Shown: piece by piece, positions 8,430-10,261 of the stretch
Position numbering within the stretch: position 1 is the first letter of the stretch
Layout: each line of letters starts with the position of its first letter
Source of the DNA: Planctomycetota bacterium
GTDB lineage: Bacteria; Planctomycetota; GCA-002687715; DRQF01
Direction of reading: 5' to 3'
Assembly (NCBI GenBank): GCA_036479435.1
Contig: JAZGFI010000207.1
Coordinates: 1-10,261, forward strand
DNA length: 10,261 nt
Notes under the pieces: model-generated
What the model was told of the DNA's origin: nothing
Seen by the model: the letters and a program-made list of their open reading frames with translations, nothing else
Database searches by the model: none
Translations under genes and position numbers: made by a program

Positions 8430-9776
8430 TTGTCTAGATCGAAGGCGCAGCCGCCGAGGCTGAATCGCGCTCTGCTCCGTCTCGCCGTTCCCCTGTTGTT
8501 CGCCAACCTCGCCCAGACCATGTTGTCTTGGGTAGACACGGCCATGGTCGGCCGACTGGGCAAGAACGCACTCGCGGCCATGGGCCCGGCCAGCGTGTTT
8601 TTCTTGGTGCTCTTCCTCATTTTCTCCGCCGGATTCATGGGCATCCAAACGCTTTGCGCGCGGCGGTTCGGTGAGCAGAAGCTCGACGTCGTGGGCCAAG
8701 TCTTCACCAACGGGCTCGGGGTTTCGATTCTTGTCGGTCTGTTTGCGGGAGCCCTGGGCATCGTGGCCGCCGAACCAGTCGCGAATTTCCTGGTCGGCGA
8801 CGCCTCGATCGCGAGCATGACGGCAGAGTATCTCTCTTGGCGCTGGGGAGCGGTCATTACGCTGACCACGCTCTGGGCCTACAAGGGGTTCTTTTTCGGC
8901 ATCGGCGTCACCTGGTTCGACATGTACCTGGCCTTCGCGATGAACCTGCTCAACATCTTGCTGAATTGGATCTTCATCTTCGGGCACTGGGGCGCGCCCG
9001 AGATGGGTTTGGCCGGCGCCGCTCTTGCCAGTGTTCTCGCGACGGCTTTCGCGGCGAGCAGCTACATGATCTTTAGCCTACAGAAAAAGTACCGTCTGCG
9101 ATTTTCGCTCTACCGCGGCGGCATCAATCGCGACTTGCTCGGCCGCATCTTCAAGTTGTCCCTTCCCCGGGCTCTCAGTGGCTTCGCTTTCGGCGCTGCG
9201 ATCTTGTACTTCAAACTCATCGGCGACCACGCGGGCACGACCGCCTTGGCCGCCTCCACCGTCATCTGGAGATTCTTCGGCACCACGGTGCTCGTCTCGC
9301 TCGCGATCGGAACGGCCACCGCGACTTTGGTAGGTCAACGTTTGGGTGCCAATGACCCCGAAGGTGCCGACGCCACCGCGCGCGCCGCCGTCAAGCTCGG
9401 CGTTTTGTTGACGGGCAGCGTGTCACTGATCGTTATCTTTTTCCCGCAACTCATCCTAGGTTGGTTCAGCCAAGACACCGCCGTGGTTTCCGTTGGTACG
9501 CCCGCCCTTCGGCTCGTGGGAATCTTCATCGTCATTGACAGCGCCGGAATCATCATGTCGCGCACTCTCTCAGCGGCTGGTTGCGTGGTCTACGTCATGT
9601 CGATGGAGTTCGTGGTGTCCTTGGGCTGCATGCTGACGACCGCCTTTTTCCTCACCAAGTATTTCCCCGACAATCTCACCGTCATCTGGTGTTCTTGGGT
9701 CGTCTACATCCTCTGCTGGTACACCGCGATGGCCACTAAGTTCCTCGCTGGCGGTTGGAAGACGGTCAAGATATAG
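8430..9776 (+). CDS. MATE family transporter (probably DinF-like)
   Basis: About 12 hydrophobic segments. Motifs LRLAVP, VDTAMVGRLGKNALAA, NILLNWIFIFG..G.PEMGLAGAALAS, ATLVGQRLGA. The TTG start at 8430 is uncertain. Confidence 0.93.
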   Translation: MSRSKAQPPRLNRALLRLAVPLLFANLAQTMLSWVDTAMVGRLGKNALAAMGPASVFFLVLFLIFSAGFMGIQTLCARRFGEQKLDVVGQVFTNGLGVSILVGLFAGALGIVAAEPVANFLVGDASIASMTAEYLSWRWGAVITLTTLWAYKGFFFGIGVTWFDMYLAFAMNLLNILLNWIFIFGHWGAPEMGLAGAALASVLATAFAASSYMIFSLQKKYRLRFSLYRGGINRDLLGRIFKLSLPRALSGFAFGAAILYFKLIGDHAGTTALAASTVIWRFFGTTVLVSLAIGTATATLVGQRLGANDPEGADATARAAVKLGVLLTGSVSLIVIFFPQLILGWFSQDTAVVSVGTPALRLVGIFIVIDSAGIIMSRTLSAAGCVVYVMSMEFVVSLGCMLTTAFFLTKYFPDNLTVIWCSWVVYILCWYTAMATKFLAGGWKTVKI

Positions 9777-9837
9777 CTCCAGCCTAGCGCGCACCAAAGC
9801 CCTCTATCTCACGGTGAGAGGCCTTCCACGGCATCCC

Positions 9838-9865
9838 TTGACCTCATTTCGCCCCGTGCTAACCT
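9838..9865 (+). promoter_or_regulatory. Sigma70-type promoter for tRNA-Pro
   Basis: -35 TTGACC (9838-9843), 16-bp spacer, TGn extension and -10 TAACCT (9860-9865), followed by a GC-rich discriminator (GCGTCCG) as in stable-RNA promoters. Confidence 0.65.
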
Positions 9866-9921
9866 GCGTCCGTTCGCGGGTAGGCCGATTTTACCCCACT
9901 CTCCGCGAACCCGAACGCATT

Positions 9922-9996
<75 letters not shown>

Positions 9997-10002
9997 CTGA
10001 TG

Positions 10003-10038
10003 ACGAAAAAACCCGCTGTCGCCAGCGGGTTTTTTCGT
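10003..10038. terminator. Bidirectional intrinsic terminator
   Basis: ACGAAAAAACCCGCTG-TCGC-CAGCGGGTTTTTTCGT is a GC stem with T6 tracts on both strands, immediately after the tRNA. Confidence 0.9.
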
Positions 10039-10068
10039 GCCTGCGTTTAGTCCTGGCTAAGGAAAATC

Positions 10069-10138
10069 GGCTATACGGCGTCAGACTTAATTCTCCCGCT
10101 TTTTTAGGTTTGACCTAAAAAAGCGGGAGAATTAAGTC
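10069..10138. repeat. Long palindromic REP-like element interrupted by a group II intron in its right arm
   Basis: Perfect 26-bp inverted repeat GACTTAATTCTCCCGCTTTTTTAGGT (10084-10109), loop TTG, mirror arm 10113-10138. The left arm extends with GGCTATACGGCGTCA (10069-10083), whose mirror is missing at 10139 where the intron begins but is seen at 112-126. Confidence 0.85.
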
Positions 10139-10261
10139 GTCGGGTAGACCAGGGAGATTTTTCTCCCCAGCCCCCCACAGATCCGGACGTGCGCGATTGA
10201 CGCATCCGGCTCCTCGTTAGACGGGTTCGCTAAGTGATGAGGACCGAGTGGACTGCCCGCA
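10139..10261 (-). mobile_element. Group II intron 3' end (end of DIV, DV, DVI), truncated by the window edge
   Basis: Minus strand DV GAGCCGGATGCG-TCAATCG-CGCA-CG-TCCGGATC (10212-10180) has the AGC triad and a 2-nt bulge. DVI GGGGGGCTGGGGAGA-AAAA-TCTCCCTGGTCT-A-CCC has the bulged branch A (10145) 7 nt from the terminal AC (10140-10139). The AGC triad argues against class IIC; from memory the style resembles class E/F. Confidence 0.93.
10230..10261 (-). CDS. Probable C-terminal tip of the intron-encoded reverse transcriptase/maturase (partial)
   Basis: The frame reads RAVHSVLIT-stop, ending 17 nt before DV, where IEPs usually stop. It resembles the xxVHS endings I recall for endonuclease-less IEPs. 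Only 9 residues are visible. Confidence 0.5.
   Translation of the reverse strand, partial: RAVHSVLIT

Noticed and set aside
586..9797. Many alternative-frame and antisense ORFs (e.g. 3993-4760, 8270-8869, 8403-8987)
   Set aside because: These are shadow ORFs typical of high-GC coding DNA. They overlap well-supported genes and show no motifs.
10084..10138. Palindrome as a protelomerase telRL site, integron attC site or plain terminator
   Set aside because: No protelomerase or integrase is in view, there are no RYYYAAC/GTTRRRY boxes or extrahelical bases, and the T tract is inside the stem. The repeat-family reading also explains the 112-126 match.

Overview
GC-rich bacterial window, possibly Planctomycetota-like (a weak inference from gene content). 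The middle holds a small membrane protein, a DUF1800/DUF1501 pair, pyrD, a Maf-N/CgeB-type glycosyltransferase, a coiled-coil ORFan, a MoxR AAA+ ATPase, a MATE transporter and tRNA-Pro(GGG) with promoter and terminator. Both edges are group II intron ends on the minus strand. The 5' end (GTGCG) starts at 111 and runs off the left edge. The 3' end (IEP stop, domain V, domain VI, terminal AC) occupies 10139-10261. The left 5' exon (GGCTATACGGCGTCA) and the right 3' exon (GACTTAATTCTCCCG) join to give exactly the uninterrupted sequence on the + strand at 10069-10109, which is one arm of a long perfect palindrome. This suggests a multicopy group II intron homing into a REP-like palindromic repeat family, with two occupied sites and one empty site visible. 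PyrD also has an unusual catalytic loop (NISCPATP).
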